From Spirochaetota bacterium (lineage in GTDB: Bacteria; Spirochaetota; Spirochaetia; Treponematales; UBA12059): a stretch of DNA of 64,000 nucleotides. The notes beneath the pieces were generated by a model. That model ran no database searches. It was not told where the DNA came from and was given only the letters and a program-made list of their open reading frames with translations. The translations under genes were made by a program, and so were the position numbers. Location of the stretch: the NCBI GenBank assembly GCA_029547205.1, contig JAKPPT010000142.1, positions 6,628 to 70,627 of the forward strand, given 5' to 3'. Shown piece by piece: positions 19,001-28,948 of the stretch (position 1 is the stretch's first letter; each line of letters begins with the position of its first letter).

Positions 19001-19415
19001 TGGAAAGCTTTTTCATGTAATCAGGATGGGGAACCGGCGTCAGTAACGATCTCATAGTCAGCACGAGGACATAAGGCTTATTCGATGTGAGAATTCGTGT
19101 CAGTGTCCGGCATCGCTGGCTAAAAATCTCAGCAGATTCTTCAAGCGGTTTATATGGCAGCGTTTTCCATGAAGGAAATAATTCAGTATCAAGACCAAAA
19201 GCACTGCAGTCATTAATCAATGCTTGAGCCTCGTCTTCTCCCGGTACTATTGCAACGAGTAAGTCGCTTTTCATGTTGTGCGCGAGAAACGCTGCAAGTG
19301 GCAGTTCAAAATCTTTACAATATGTTACCTGGTTATGCTTAATCGTATCGATGATCGAGTTATATACACGAGAAAGTGGTGTTTGGATTATTTTATTTAG
19401 TACGGCCATGCTCAT
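16023..19415 (-). CDS. mfd: Transcription-repair coupling factor
   Basis: 1130 aa. CarD-like block DYIVHANYGIGKF, helicase motifs CGDVGYGKTEVALRA, LLVVDEEQRFGV and QLRGRVGRS, plus a TRCF C-terminal domain. Confidence 0.95.
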   Translation of the reverse strand: MSMAVLNKIIQTPLSRVYNSIIDTIKHNQVTYCKDFELPLAAFLAHNMKSDLLVAIVPGEDEAQALINDCSAFGLDTELFPSWKTLPYKPLEESAEIFSQRCRTLTRILTSNKPYVLVLTMRSLLTPVPHPDYMKKLSRTVRVGETVAVSSFAQLLETWGYLRVPRISVPGEFAVRGEVLDISMPGYDYAIRITLNFDTVEKIRFFDPASQLSSDTEVREVLLHSIKEFIWTDDAIKRLEENLATCPASPRYDKNKAVASLIEHLQIHNSIPGEEMYYPWVTQTVNILSYIPLSAPLFFLFHERLISQKEALTREYEGLYRKALQDAPVPPPQYLLVEPLSDLPHQQVYFLALHDDARTNTVSLGAEPPRSFFSNIDLFRNEALSLKNNGYSIVVVAENTVQADRIRGVLHDIPVEVVESSLSQGFSVPAAKLTVVHESELFGRRKRIPKSLKTARSKVIETFIELNPGDYIVHANYGIGKFIGIERLTVLGNVRDYIKLAYANEETIFVPIEQVNLVQRFIGNEGEAPRLDTIGSKSWEARKNRVKKHVEDLAERLIRLYSRRRLARGFAFPPDSDWQKLFEAAFPYEETPDQAVCIEQVKQDMEKPEPMDRLICGDVGYGKTEVALRAIFKAVMGGKQAAFLAPTTILAEQHYETCVERFEGFPIRVAMLSRLVDKKRQKEIIQGLADGSIDVVVGTHRILQKDIVFKDLGLLVVDEEQRFGVKDKERLKELKTSIDCLTLTATPIPRTLHMSLLKIRDLSVLNTPPVNRHPIQTTVEEFSPEMVARAIRFEIERGGQVFYLHNRIETLEDTKHFIQQLVPEVMVETAHGQMEPHELEDIMHRFIHKGVQVLVSTTIIENGINIPNVNTIIIDRADMYGISQLYQLRGRVGRSDKIAYAYLLYPSNRALSELAMKRLQIISDFTELGSGFKIAMKDLEVRGAGNLLGREQSGDIYAVGFDLYLKLLEEAVEKLSHEHYEPEEEAYLELTYTGYIPDDYVPQPQIKMELYKKIASINVQEDLESLIQEINDRFGPMPEEVSSLLALAELRILCKTLHIKTLKEKKHWVEIEFGKVALISVEKLLRIIKESGNSIKLDPSRPHILCIAVENLGLREKCEFIRDRLSLLVR

Positions 19416-19545
19416 TCCGATGATATAAATAACAGCCTGCTGCTTGTTATGGCTGTTATGTTAACGGGGTACGTTTAAAGCTGTAACCTCGCACAACAAC
19501 ATAGTAAACTACTAATGCATTTCCATGCAAGGAGCTTAAACAGCA

Positions 19546-20472
19546 ATGAAACGGTTTATTCTTGTTCTTGCGCTTCTCTGCTTTGCCATTCTGGCTACTG
19601 CACAGATCCAGGTAACTCAGCAATTTTACAATAAATCTCTTTATGTTCCAAATTCTCCGATACTGGTAAAAATAACAATAAAAAACAACTCTCCGGCAGT
19701 ATATCGATTTAAACTGGCAGATAACAGAATGTTCTCACTTCGTTTTGAAATGAAAACATTAACAAATAGAATTTTAGAGCCAGCTGATACATGGAAGCGG
19801 ACCATTTCATCATCAATACCGATATTTTATAGAGAAATTGCCATTCAGCCAGGAGAGGAATACGCATTTGTCGAGGATGTCCAGAACTATGTAAAAATAA
19901 CAGAAGCTGGCACCTATGTATTTGAGTGTTATTTTTACCCGGAATTATATAGCAGACAGGACATGGTAATGAAATCAGATCCGCTTACCGTAAGTATTCG
20001 TCCAGAACTGCCGGTTCCAACTGCTGTCGAAATGCTCAATCCCCAGATCAATGAAATACTCAAAGCAGAAAAAATTCCACCTGATGAAGTAGTTCGAAGA
20101 ACCATTATTGCCCGACAAAAAGGAAAATGGAATGAGTTCTTCCTCTATTTTGATATTGAAGCACTGCTTTCACAGATTCCTGAAAAAAAACGCATGTACC
20201 AAAAAGAATCCGATGAAGGCCGTCGCAGGATGATTGAAGCCTATAAATCAGAAGTCATAGCTGGTTATACTGATAAAGATCTTGCAGCAATTCCTTCCAG
20301 TTTTGAGATTCTCGAAACCCGCTACAGTGCTACACGAGGGACAGTCCAGGTGCTCGAAAAATTTGCCTATAGCGGTTTTGTTATGCTTAAGCTCTATATT
20401 TATGAACTGGAAAAGCGTGATGACATCTGGTATATTGTTTCTTACTCAATACAAAATAAAGGAACAGAATGA
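19546..20472 (+). CDS. Secreted protein, function unknown (Ig-like beta-sandwich N-terminal part, NTF2-like C-terminal part)
   Basis: Signal peptide MKRFILVLALLCFAILATAQ and a beta-rich body. The stop overlaps the next start (ATGA). Confidence 0.6.
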   Translation: MKRFILVLALLCFAILATAQIQVTQQFYNKSLYVPNSPILVKITIKNNSPAVYRFKLADNRMFSLRFEMKTLTNRILEPADTWKRTISSSIPIFYREIAIQPGEEYAFVEDVQNYVKITEAGTYVFECYFYPELYSRQDMVMKSDPLTVSIRPELPVPTAVEMLNPQINEILKAEKIPPDEVVRRTIIARQKGKWNEFFLYFDIEALLSQIPEKKRMYQKESDEGRRRMIEAYKSEVIAGYTDKDLAAIPSSFEILETRYSATRGTVQVLEKFAYSGFVMLKLYIYELEKRDDIWYIVSYSIQNKGTE

Positions 20473-21161
20473 AAACACTGCTTATACTCGAAGATAAAGA
20501 TTTAAGCACTGAACTTATCGCTTCTCTTAAAAAAATGGGTATGAGCGTAATACATTATCGCGATCCGGTAAAAGCTCTCGATAATCTTCCTGAACTTGAT
20601 CCTGATGCAGTTATCATGAGCGCTGTTGACTTTCCACGGCACTGGAAACCGATTGCAGCGGCAATACGATCTGTTAAAGACCGTAATTCCTGCATCATTG
20701 TACTCCTCAAAGGACCATATTTTTCCTATGACGAAGCAGCCAAAGCTGCTCTCCTCGAAATAAATGGTGTTATTCAAGCTGATTTACAAAAGCACGAAAC
20801 CATAGAAAAACTTCTTGCTGTTATTGACCGATACTACCATTGCGGTACATGCATAGAAAAAACATCCAGTTCACTCATAGACTTTGCCTGTACACATCCT
20901 GAAACAGGCAACCTGGTGGTAGGAACTGTTTCCAGTATAGACAACGATACCATCGAAATTATTCCAGATTATCCTCCGCTTGCAGAAACATTCAAAGCGG
21001 GTGATTTACTGGCTAATGCCTATATCCAGGTTGAACAAACAATACAACCTCTCGTCTGCTCTATTAAGCAAGCTGGAGTACCGCTCATTTTATCTGTAAA
21101 CCTTGACGATAGCACAACAAAAGAACTCATTACTAAAGCTCAGCAATTAGTAAAAGCCTAA
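20469..21161 (+). CDS. Pseudo-receiver (REC-like) domain protein with a PilZ-like C-terminal barrel
   Basis: MKTLLILEDKD...DAVIMSAVDFPRHW follows the REC layout, but Ser occupies the phospho-acceptor Asp position and the conserved T and K are absent. The C-terminal half is beta-rich. Confidence 0.55.
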   Translation: MKTLLILEDKDLSTELIASLKKMGMSVIHYRDPVKALDNLPELDPDAVIMSAVDFPRHWKPIAAAIRSVKDRNSCIIVLLKGPYFSYDEAAKAALLEINGVIQADLQKHETIEKLLAVIDRYYHCGTCIEKTSSSLIDFACTHPETGNLVVGTVSSIDNDTIEIIPDYPPLAETFKAGDLLANAYIQVEQTIQPLVCSIKQAGVPLILSVNLDDSTTKELITKAQQLVKA

Positions 21162-21206
21162 ATATGATTCTTGAATTTGAATATTTTATATTATATAATA
21201 AAACAG

Positions 21207-21512
21207 ATGAGTAAAAATATGGAATGCAAACAAGAAATTATTGAAGATTATGCAAAAAAACTTAAAGCGCTGGGACATCCAGTGCGCCTCAAACTGCTCT
21301 GCCTCATTGCTCAGCATAATGATCCCTGTGTTTCCAACCTCTGGCAATGTATAAAACAGCCACAACCAGTCGTTTCACAACACCTCTCAATACTGAAAGA
21401 GAATGGTATTGTCACCGCAGAAGCACAATCAACAAAACGCAGCTATTCAATTACTGACCCATTTATTAAAGACATTATTGATGCACTGCTAAAAGAGATG
21501 GCTCACAAATAG
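21207..21512 (+). CDS. ArsR/SmtB-family transcriptional regulator
   Basis: KALGHPVRLKLLCLIAQHNDPCVSNLWQCIKQPQPVVSQHLSILKENGIV is a canonical ArsR winged HTH. ATG 21207 is preferred over the TTG track start 21171. Confidence 0.8.
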   Translation: MSKNMECKQEIIEDYAKKLKALGHPVRLKLLCLIAQHNDPCVSNLWQCIKQPQPVVSQHLSILKENGIVTAEAQSTKRSYSITDPFIKDIIDALLKEMAHK

Positions 21513-21566
21513 ATTACATACACGTATTGTGAAACATGGTTCCTCATTATTGTTATTGAGCAACTG

Positions 21567-22778
21567 TTACTGTCTCAATGGCATTGCAGTTAGGGGATTT
21601 TTTAACCGCTCGCGTGCTGTTCCTGACCAGGGTGAGGGTGCATAATTGACCAACGCTGACCAGATTGGAATTGCAAACGTTGGCTGACCCAATACATAGA
21701 GAGCATCTCCCAAATTGAGCAGTACACTGTAAATTCTTGATGTTGTAAGATATTCCGATATTTCTCTGTTTTTACTTACCTGTTCAAAAAAATCTGCAAT
21801 GGTAGTGTATTTGTAGTCTGGATTTTCTTTCTGGTACATTGTAATAACTTCGGTAATAATCATATTAGCTGCAATTGCAAGATGCAACTCGGCATTTGGA
21901 GCACCTTTTCGTAATATATATTCACCAATTTCGATATTAGCAGTCAACGAAAAGCCCGATTTGAGCCTGTATAAAATCATAAACTTATCAAAACCCTGAT
22001 TTCGAAGTGTGGCCAGCATGGCTTCTTTTAGATAAGGGTCCATGGGGGGAGTTCCAGCGACCGGATCATCAAAGAGTATGCGCTGCATCGTGTTGTACCA
22101 TGCAAGCATATTATTCTGCAGCTTATACACTTCTGAGAGCGTATAGAGTATGCTGTATTGATCAGCTGGTATCTCGAGAGATCCACGCATGTCAAATGCA
22201 CGCAAAAACTGTTTTTCAGCTATACTGAGTTCCCCTTCTACCATGAATACTCTTCCCTTCCAGAATTCAGCCTCAGGGTAGTACTGCAGTACATCAAGCT
22301 CGCGTTCCATGCGTGCAAACGAATCAGCATAATATTCTATAGGTCGAAAATCATAGGCAACACTTAACGCATCGAGAAGTGCACGGTGATAATCAGAAAG
22401 ACGTTGTCGTTTAAGAATTGCTATAAGCACGCGCATATCGCCATTGGACTGCTTTTGATATGCAGTATAATCAACATCGGTAAAATCCAGTTTTGCAAAT
22501 TCTGTAAGCAGTTTTGAAATTGAATCTCCGGTTTTTTTCTTAAGTGGGCTCTTTTGAGCATACCGGAGGCGCTCAAGTGCCCATGCAATGATTTCTTTAC
22601 GTTGATTGATTGCTTCTTCAAACGAGCGTAACGCTTCTCCGAACTGCTTTTTATAAAAAAACTGCTTGCCTTCCTCAAAAACAAGCCAGATTGGTTTTGA
22701 TTGAGCAAATAAACTTGTAAAAAGGACTGAGAAGACCAAAAAGCAGGATAAACGGATGAGTCTTTTACGTTTCATCAT
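21567..22778 (-). CDS. Secreted TPR-like helical-repeat protein, function unknown
   Basis: Signal peptide MMKRKRLIRLSCFLVFSVLFTSLFAQ, followed by an all-helical repeat-like sequence. Confidence 0.6.
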   Translation of the reverse strand: MMKRKRLIRLSCFLVFSVLFTSLFAQSKPIWLVFEEGKQFFYKKQFGEALRSFEEAINQRKEIIAWALERLRYAQKSPLKKKTGDSISKLLTEFAKLDFTDVDYTAYQKQSNGDMRVLIAILKRQRLSDYHRALLDALSVAYDFRPIEYYADSFARMERELDVLQYYPEAEFWKGRVFMVEGELSIAEKQFLRAFDMRGSLEIPADQYSILYTLSEVYKLQNNMLAWYNTMQRILFDDPVAGTPPMDPYLKEAMLATLRNQGFDKFMILYRLKSGFSLTANIEIGEYILRKGAPNAELHLAIAANMIITEVITMYQKENPDYKYTTIADFFEQVSKNREISEYLTTSRIYSVLLNLGDALYVLGQPTFAIPIWSALVNYAPSPWSGTARERLKNPLTAMPLRQ

Positions 22779-22863
22779 TTATATATCGGTGTTATTTACT
22801 GCAGACTTCAGGCAATTCATCGCTTGTGTCTTGAAGATTGTGAAACATTCAAACCCTACAATA

Positions 22864-22903
22864 CAAAAAGGACAGCCATGAACTACAATGACTGCCCTTT
22901 TTG
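22864..22903 (-). terminator. Rho-independent terminator after atpK (potentially bidirectional)
   Basis: The minus-strand RNA reads AAAAAGGGCAGUCAU-UGUAGUUC-AUGGCUGUCCUUUUU: a 10-bp stem with two G-U pairs, flanked by A and U runs. Confidence 0.6.
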
Positions 22904-22936
22904 TTACGCGATGCTATGTCATCAATAGTAGTGTTA

Positions 22937-23365
22937 TTAGAGCATGGTCATTGCCAGCGCCATAACAAAGAGAGCAACTGTTTCACAAAGACCTACTACC
23001 ATGATATAAAGACCGAATCCTTTACCAGTTTCGCCCATTGCATCACTTGCAGCAGCACCTGCTTGCCCCTGAGCGATTGCAGACATTGCAATTGCGATAC
23101 CACCAGCAATACCAACTGCTAATACAAGAAGTGGATCCTTTGTGGAATTTGCCATTTTGATTGCAGATAATATATAACCATAAAATATCTGGGTAATCGG
23201 AGCTCCTGCAAATACCACAAGTGTAAACGATGCTGGTTTATTTGCCATGAAATTTCGTTTCCATGCACCAATCGCGGCTCTTCCAGCAATACTAATACCT
23301 AGTGCAGAACCAATAGCAGCAATTGCCATTGTGCAGCCAACTCCCAGTAATCCAATATTACTCAT
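22937..23365 (-). CDS. atpK: V-type ATP synthase subunit K (proteolipid)
   Basis: 142 aa with four glycine/alanine-rich TM helices (AIAAIGSALGISIAGRAA, GIAGGIAIAMSAIAQG). Last gene of the V-ATPase operon. Confidence 0.85.
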   Translation of the reverse strand: MSNIGLLGVGCTMAIAAIGSALGISIAGRAAIGAWKRNFMANKPASFTLVVFAGAPITQIFYGYILSAIKMANSTKDPLLVLAVGIAGGIAIAMSAIAQGQAGAAASDAMGETGKGFGLYIMVVGLCETVALFVMALAMTML

Positions 23366-23392
23366 AAGAAACTCCTTCCTAGATAATGTTGC

Positions 23393-25255
23393 TTATATGC
23401 GCACATCCTTTTCTGCCGTAGCTTCAGAAAAGGGTGAGTAACCATAACCAGACCATTCCATACCTAAATGGCTTGAAAATTCGAGCATGTTGAGTCGTAT
23501 CCCATGTACGAGAACCGAAAGAACGCTCAAGATAATATTGATTCCGTGTCCCATAAACAGAATCACGACAGCAACAAGAAATTTTATAAGGCTTCCCAAC
23601 ACAGGTCCTGCCAGGGCATTTACGGTCTGGCTCATTGCTAAACCAGCAAGTCCTACTGCCCACAAGCGAATATAGGATATGATATCTCCAAAAATGTTCA
23701 CAACTCCGAGAAATACCGAAATGATGCTCTGAAGCTGCACCATCAATCCTGAGAGAAGTCCTTTAATAAAATTCCCTTTTGTATCATCAAACGATGAAAA
23801 TAAAAAACTTAACAAAAACCCAATACCTATTGCGGGAAGCACCCACGAAGGTATAGGGAACCTGCTTGGATTAACAATTAGATTGAGCACCACAAAAAAC
23901 ATGCCTTCCAGCATTCCAAGCTGTCCTAGCTGTCCAATAAATTTTGGTGATGGAAAATCTCTTAGAATGTTCTTGAGATGCGCAATGCTGAGCTGGATAA
24001 CACCAATGATAAAACAGAATACTTTAATGTTTTCTTCCGCTTGAGGATTGTGCGGATGTATCCAGGAAACGACTGTAGACTGGAGCAATGGAGGCAGTTT
24101 TTCGTAATTAATACCAAACCAGCTTCCTGAAAGGAAACCCCAGACAATTGTCGCTCCTGATAATACAGATATGAGCTTTAAAATATCTGGTACTGGTTTC
24201 TTTTTTATAACAAGTGTAACGATTGAATATAAAGAATACAAAAACAGTAACGATCCATAACCACCATCACCAAAAATCATCGCAAAGAAAATGGTAAAGA
24301 AGAATAAAAATAATCCGGATATATCATACTCTCTGTAATTTGGCACAGAACCAATAAAATCAAACACCGGACGTATCATGTTTACCACTGTGTTATTTTC
24401 AAGTTTAGTTGGGGGTAGTTCTTCTGCTTGTGGTTCATCAAGTACATATGCAATGTGTTCCTGTTTTGCAAATGCTACAAACTTTTCGGTTTCTTTTTCC
24501 GGGACCCAGCCAGCCATCCAGGCTATTCCAGTATCACTATTCATGCCAGAAAAAACAGCTTCAAAATTGATTCGTTTTTCAAGCATGTTCGAATAAGATT
24601 TTAATGCTCTAAAATATTTTGCATACGCCTTAAGTGCATGTTTTTTCTGCAGTATTGAGTTTTGCAGTTCCGTACGTTCTGCAATTAGTACAGAAAGACG
24701 TTTTGATGGCAGCTTACACGGGACTGCCTCCGGATGTATCAACGATGTTTCAGAATTGGTTTGTGGCTTGCTGACACAGGCAAGGTATACTTTACCTTTA
24801 TCTTCTCTAATAACAATGTATTCAAGCGAGCTGTCAAGTTCCGAAAGCTTTTTCTTTGGAAGCACATACAATGCAAGCGCTACGCCTTCCCCCTTAAGAT
24901 AGTTTAGGAGATCTGGATCAAAGTCTCCCCATTCGTAAATTGATTCTATTTCTTTAGTGAGCGCAGCAACTGCTTCTTCATCATTTTTGATCGCTTCTGC
25001 AAGAGTAACAATTTCCAATGCGCAGTTTTGAGGTTCTGAAGGCTGCTCCTGCTGTAATTTTTTAGTAACAAATTCTTCTATTGAAGCAAGCGCTGTTATT
25101 ACTGTTTTTTGAGCAGCGATAAGCTCCTCATAGGTTTCTCCTGAACCTTCGAGTGGTTCAAGATGGACGATGCCAAGTTTACGGAGTGCATCGAGAACTG
25201 CCAGTCTGTCTTTATCCTGGAGTGCAATGTACACACGTTTCATAGGTGCAATCAT
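23393..25255 (-). CDS. atpI: V-type ATP synthase subunit I
   Basis: 620 aa. N-terminal MKRVYIALQDKDRLAVLDALRKLGIVHLE, a coiled-coil cytoplasmic half, and a polytopic C-terminal half ending LRLNMLEFSSHLG. Confidence 0.85.
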   Translation of the reverse strand: MIAPMKRVYIALQDKDRLAVLDALRKLGIVHLEPLEGSGETYEELIAAQKTVITALASIEEFVTKKLQQEQPSEPQNCALEIVTLAEAIKNDEEAVAALTKEIESIYEWGDFDPDLLNYLKGEGVALALYVLPKKKLSELDSSLEYIVIREDKGKVYLACVSKPQTNSETSLIHPEAVPCKLPSKRLSVLIAERTELQNSILQKKHALKAYAKYFRALKSYSNMLEKRINFEAVFSGMNSDTGIAWMAGWVPEKETEKFVAFAKQEHIAYVLDEPQAEELPPTKLENNTVVNMIRPVFDFIGSVPNYREYDISGLFLFFFTIFFAMIFGDGGYGSLLFLYSLYSIVTLVIKKKPVPDILKLISVLSGATIVWGFLSGSWFGINYEKLPPLLQSTVVSWIHPHNPQAEENIKVFCFIIGVIQLSIAHLKNILRDFPSPKFIGQLGQLGMLEGMFFVVLNLIVNPSRFPIPSWVLPAIGIGFLLSFLFSSFDDTKGNFIKGLLSGLMVQLQSIISVFLGVVNIFGDIISYIRLWAVGLAGLAMSQTVNALAGPVLGSLIKFLVAVVILFMGHGINIILSVLSVLVHGIRLNMLEFSSHLGMEWSGYGYSPFSEATAEKDVRI

Positions 25256-25869
25256 GACTGTGTCCTTTCCACTACTTTGCGCTTAGCAATTTTACCGCGT
25301 ACAACCTGAGCTGTCTGCTGATCACCAAGATAAATACGAATTTTTCGTATATTTTCAGTTGTTTCAGGAATCTTAACCTTTTCAAAAAGATTAACACGTT
25401 GACTCGTAATGCGAAGTTCCTGAGACAGCCTCTCTATTTGTTCTTTAAGTATTGCAATTTCGATATCTAATAGCAGGATGCGCTTGAGCTGTTCTATAGC
25501 CGCATCGACCCAGAGTGGTTTTACGAAAAGATCATAGTCTTCTACAGAAAACTCTGCATCAATAAATACAGGAATGGAAACACCAGCAATATTTCCCATA
25601 TCCGTAATGACCCGTTTTGGGGCTATGAGCCAGCTGCCATCGTCTCTCCGCAACTCCTGTATTTCTCCAAACACCGCAATCCATGCGGCGAGTGCGCGAT
25701 AGAGTTCATCACGCGTCCGCTGTACCTCGTCTGCTTTAGCCTCAATATGTCGGATTTCCATCTGCAGCTGCTGCTTTTTTAGCTGCAGTGTCGGAAGATA
25801 CCGCTTGTACATTTTGAGCGCATCTTTTTGTTTTTTAAGCTCGTTTTTTGTAAGCTTAATCTTAGCCAT
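25252..25869 (-). CDS. atpD: V-type ATP synthase subunit D
   Basis: [35 protein letters not shown] is the canonical subunit D N-terminus. Confidence 0.85.
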   Translation of the reverse strand: MAKIKLTKNELKKQKDALKMYKRYLPTLQLKKQQLQMEIRHIEAKADEVQRTRDELYRALAAWIAVFGEIQELRRDDGSWLIAPKRVITDMGNIAGVSIPVFIDAEFSVEDYDLFVKPLWVDAAIEQLKRILLLDIEIAILKEQIERLSQELRITSQRVNLFEKVKIPETTENIRKIRIYLGDQQTAQVVRGKIAKRKVVERTQS

Positions 25870-27170
25870 TATGACACCTTTTTCGGCCAGAATTGTTCAA
25901 TGAGTTTAGTTTGAAGCCCGGTTTCCTGCGGTTCAAAACAACTGGCAAGAATTTCCCAGCCCTTATCGAGCGCTGCTTCCAGCGGGATATTAACCGAAAG
26001 ATCCATCATCTCTTTTTCAAAGAGCTCACCATATTTGAGCAGCTTTTGATCCCAGGCACTCATCTGGAAACCCATAGCCTTTTTTTCGAGCGTATCACGG
26101 TATGCAGCAAACAATTTAATCATACCATCCATGACTGCACGGTGGTCTGCACGAGTTTTTCCGTTAACCTGCTGTTTAAGACGAGAGAGTGATCCAAACG
26201 GCTCGATACGCCCGCCTTTGAGATAGAACTGACCCTCGGTAATGTATCCGGTATTATCTGGTACAGGATGCGTTACATCATCACCAGGCATAGTGGTAAC
26301 TGCAAGTATGGTAATTGAACCAGAATCACTGAAATCGACTGCTTTTTCATACCGAGCTGCAAGCTGGCTGTAAAGATCTCCCGGATAACCGCGGTTAGAT
26401 GGAACCTGTTCCTGCGTAATAGCAATTTCCTTTAGCGCATCCGAGAAGTTTGTCATATCGGTCAGGAGCACAAGTACATTAAGATTTTGTAACGCAAAAC
26501 GTTCTGCTACTGCAAGCGATATATCTGGCACCATGAGACACTCAACGACAGGGTCTGCAGCTGTATGCACAAACATGACTGTTTTCTGTAGAGCACCCCC
26601 CTGTTCCAGTGTCTCTTTGAATATAAGGTAATCATCGTATTTAAGACCCATACCGCCCAGAATGATTAAGTCTACTTCTGCCTGCATTGCAATACGTGCA
26701 AGGAGCTGGTTATAGGGTTCACCAGAAATTGAGAAAATTGGAAGCTTCTGGCTCTTTACGAGCGTATTGAAAAGATCAATCATTGGAATACCGGTACGAA
26801 TCATTTCACGTGGAATAATTCGTTTTGAAGGATTAACTGATGGTCCGCCTATGGTAATAAGGTTTTCATGAAGTTCAGGGCCATTATCTCGAGGAATGCC
26901 TGCACCGTTAAAAATTCTTCCCTTGAGGTTTTCGGAAAACGATACCTGCATCGGATGTCCAAGGAACTGCACCTCATCTCCGGTGGAAATACCGCGGCCT
27001 CCTGCAAATACCTGCATTGAGACATTCTCGTTATCGAGACGGATTACTTCAGCGAGTGAAACACCAAACCTCGTTTTGACCTGGGCAAGTTCTCCGTATG
27101 CTACATCCTGTGCTTTTACTGTAATCACGTTTCCTACGATTGATTCTATCTTAGAATATACCTTTTTCAT
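25869..27170 (-). CDS. atpB: V-type ATP synthase subunit B
   Basis: 433 aa regulatory subunit with [21 protein letters not shown] and [20 protein letters not shown]. Confidence 0.9.
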   Translation of the reverse strand: MKKVYSKIESIVGNVITVKAQDVAYGELAQVKTRFGVSLAEVIRLDNENVSMQVFAGGRGISTGDEVQFLGHPMQVSFSENLKGRIFNGAGIPRDNGPELHENLITIGGPSVNPSKRIIPREMIRTGIPMIDLFNTLVKSQKLPIFSISGEPYNQLLARIAMQAEVDLIILGGMGLKYDDYLIFKETLEQGGALQKTVMFVHTAADPVVECLMVPDISLAVAERFALQNLNVLVLLTDMTNFSDALKEIAITQEQVPSNRGYPGDLYSQLAARYEKAVDFSDSGSITILAVTTMPGDDVTHPVPDNTGYITEGQFYLKGGRIEPFGSLSRLKQQVNGKTRADHRAVMDGMIKLFAAYRDTLEKKAMGFQMSAWDQKLLKYGELFEKEMMDLSVNIPLEAALDKGWEILASCFEPQETGLQTKLIEQFWPKKVS

Positions 27171-28945
27171 TATGCACGCTCCATTGCTTCAAGTATTTTT
27201 GTACCGTGAGCACTCATGTTCTTTGTACGTTCCTGTATGTATGCTTCAACAGCAGCGGAGGTTTCATTAAACTGATCCGATTTCCATTCCTGGCTGTTCA
27301 TATCAAGAATCATCTGTCTGAGTTTGTTAAACCAGCCACGTGCATCTTCCTTATCTGAAAAAGTCTGATTTCCACCAAGAATTTTTACCATGAGTCGGAA
27401 CATAAAGTGCTGACGCTCAGGTTTAACAGCTGCGTCTACAGGGTCAAAGGAGTTCTGCTGGAGGTACACAGCATCAAGCAATTCTCCTTTAAGATAGAGC
27501 ACAAAGTCCTCAAGGCTCGTTCCTTCCTCACCAACAACCTTCATCATCTGAGAAACTTCTGCACTGCGCTCAAGGAAGCGGTGTGCCCATGCGACATGTT
27601 CAGTTGGCAGAACTCCGCGATATTTTGACCAGGACTCAAGCGGGTGAATCGCAGGATATTTTCGTGCATCGGAGCGCTCACGCGAGAGACCGAGGAAACA
27701 GCCTACGACTTTGAGTGTTGCCTGAGTTACAGGCTCTTCAAAGTTACCACCAGCCGGTGAAACTGTTCCACCAATGGTAACTGAGCCTTTCTTGCCATCT
27801 TTAAGCCTTACAAGTCCTGCTCGTTCATAAAAGTTAGCTATAACCGATTCGAGGTATGCCGGGAAAGCTTCTTCTCCGGGGATTTCCTCGAGTCGGCCAG
27901 ACATTTCACGCATTGCCTGAGCCCATCGGCTTGTCGAGTCAGCTAAGAGCAGCACATCGTAACCCATCTGGCGGTAATACTCTGCCATGGTTACCGCTGT
28001 ATACACCGAAGCTTCTCGCGCTGCTACCGGCATCGATGATGTGTTACAGACAATGATTGTTCGTTCCATTAGCGAGCGGCCCGTGCGTGGGTCTATAAGC
28101 TCAGGGAACTCAACGAGCGTTTCGACAACTTCACCTGCCCGTTCACCGCATGCTGCAACAATAACGATATCGACATCGGCATAGCGGCTTGTTGTCTGCT
28201 GGAGCACGGTTTTTCCTGCTCCAAAGGGCCCTGGAATACAAAAGGTGCCGCCTTTAGCAACCGGGAAAAACGTATCGATAATTCGAGATTTTGTAATGAG
28301 CGGCTCTGTTGGTTTAAGACGCTCGGTATAACAGTCAATCGCGCGTTTTACCGGCCATTCGAAAAACATCGTTACCGGTACTTCATTTCCCTGTGCATCT
28401 ACGAGTACTGCAATTTGCGTATCAACCGTGTAAGCCCCTGGTTCTTTTACCGATTTTACCGTATATGTTCCATACAGTGTAAATGGAACCATGATTTTAT
28501 GGACAAAACCTGCTTCCGGTACCGACCCAAGATAGTCGCCACGTGTTACGGTATCTCCTGGCTTTGCAATCGGAGTCCAATCCCAGGTAACAGTTCGCGG
28601 TAAGGCGTCTAGATACACTCCTGGCTCCAGGAAATATCCTGTTTTTGCAGCAACTTCTGGGAGCGGATTCTGTAAACCATCATAAATCTTTGAGAGGAGT
28701 CCTGGTCCAAGTTCAACAGCGAGCATTTCACCCGTGAACGAGACATCCATACCCACCTTGATACCTTTGGTGATTTCAAACACCTGTGTCTGAACAATAT
28801 CACCGCGGATACGGATAACTTCCGCTTTAAGTCTTTTCTCTCCATTATGGATATACGCTACTTCATTGAGTGAAACGACTCCGTCAACTTTAACTGTTAC
28901 CATGTTGCCGTTTACACCGGTCACAATACCTTTTGTTGTTACCAT
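27170..28945 (-). CDS. atpA: V-type ATP synthase catalytic subunit A
   Basis: 591 aa with Walker [13 protein letters not shown], the non-homologous insert typical of A subunits, and [19 protein letters not shown]. Confidence 0.95.
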   Translation of the reverse strand: MVTTKGIVTGVNGNMVTVKVDGVVSLNEVAYIHNGEKRLKAEVIRIRGDIVQTQVFEITKGIKVGMDVSFTGEMLAVELGPGLLSKIYDGLQNPLPEVAAKTGYFLEPGVYLDALPRTVTWDWTPIAKPGDTVTRGDYLGSVPEAGFVHKIMVPFTLYGTYTVKSVKEPGAYTVDTQIAVLVDAQGNEVPVTMFFEWPVKRAIDCYTERLKPTEPLITKSRIIDTFFPVAKGGTFCIPGPFGAGKTVLQQTTSRYADVDIVIVAACGERAGEVVETLVEFPELIDPRTGRSLMERTIIVCNTSSMPVAAREASVYTAVTMAEYYRQMGYDVLLLADSTSRWAQAMREMSGRLEEIPGEEAFPAYLESVIANFYERAGLVRLKDGKKGSVTIGGTVSPAGGNFEEPVTQATLKVVGCFLGLSRERSDARKYPAIHPLESWSKYRGVLPTEHVAWAHRFLERSAEVSQMMKVVGEEGTSLEDFVLYLKGELLDAVYLQQNSFDPVDAAVKPERQHFMFRLMVKILGGNQTFSDKEDARGWFNKLRQMILDMNSQEWKSDQFNETSAAVEAYIQERTKNMSAHGTKILEAMERA

Positions 28946-28948
28946 ATG

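Noticed and set aside
22044-22049. A G6 run (C6 on the coding strand) inside the secreted TPR-like gene could be a phase-variation tract.
   Set aside because: Six nucleotides are too few for efficient slippage. The gene is intact and the run encodes Pro-Pro in frame.
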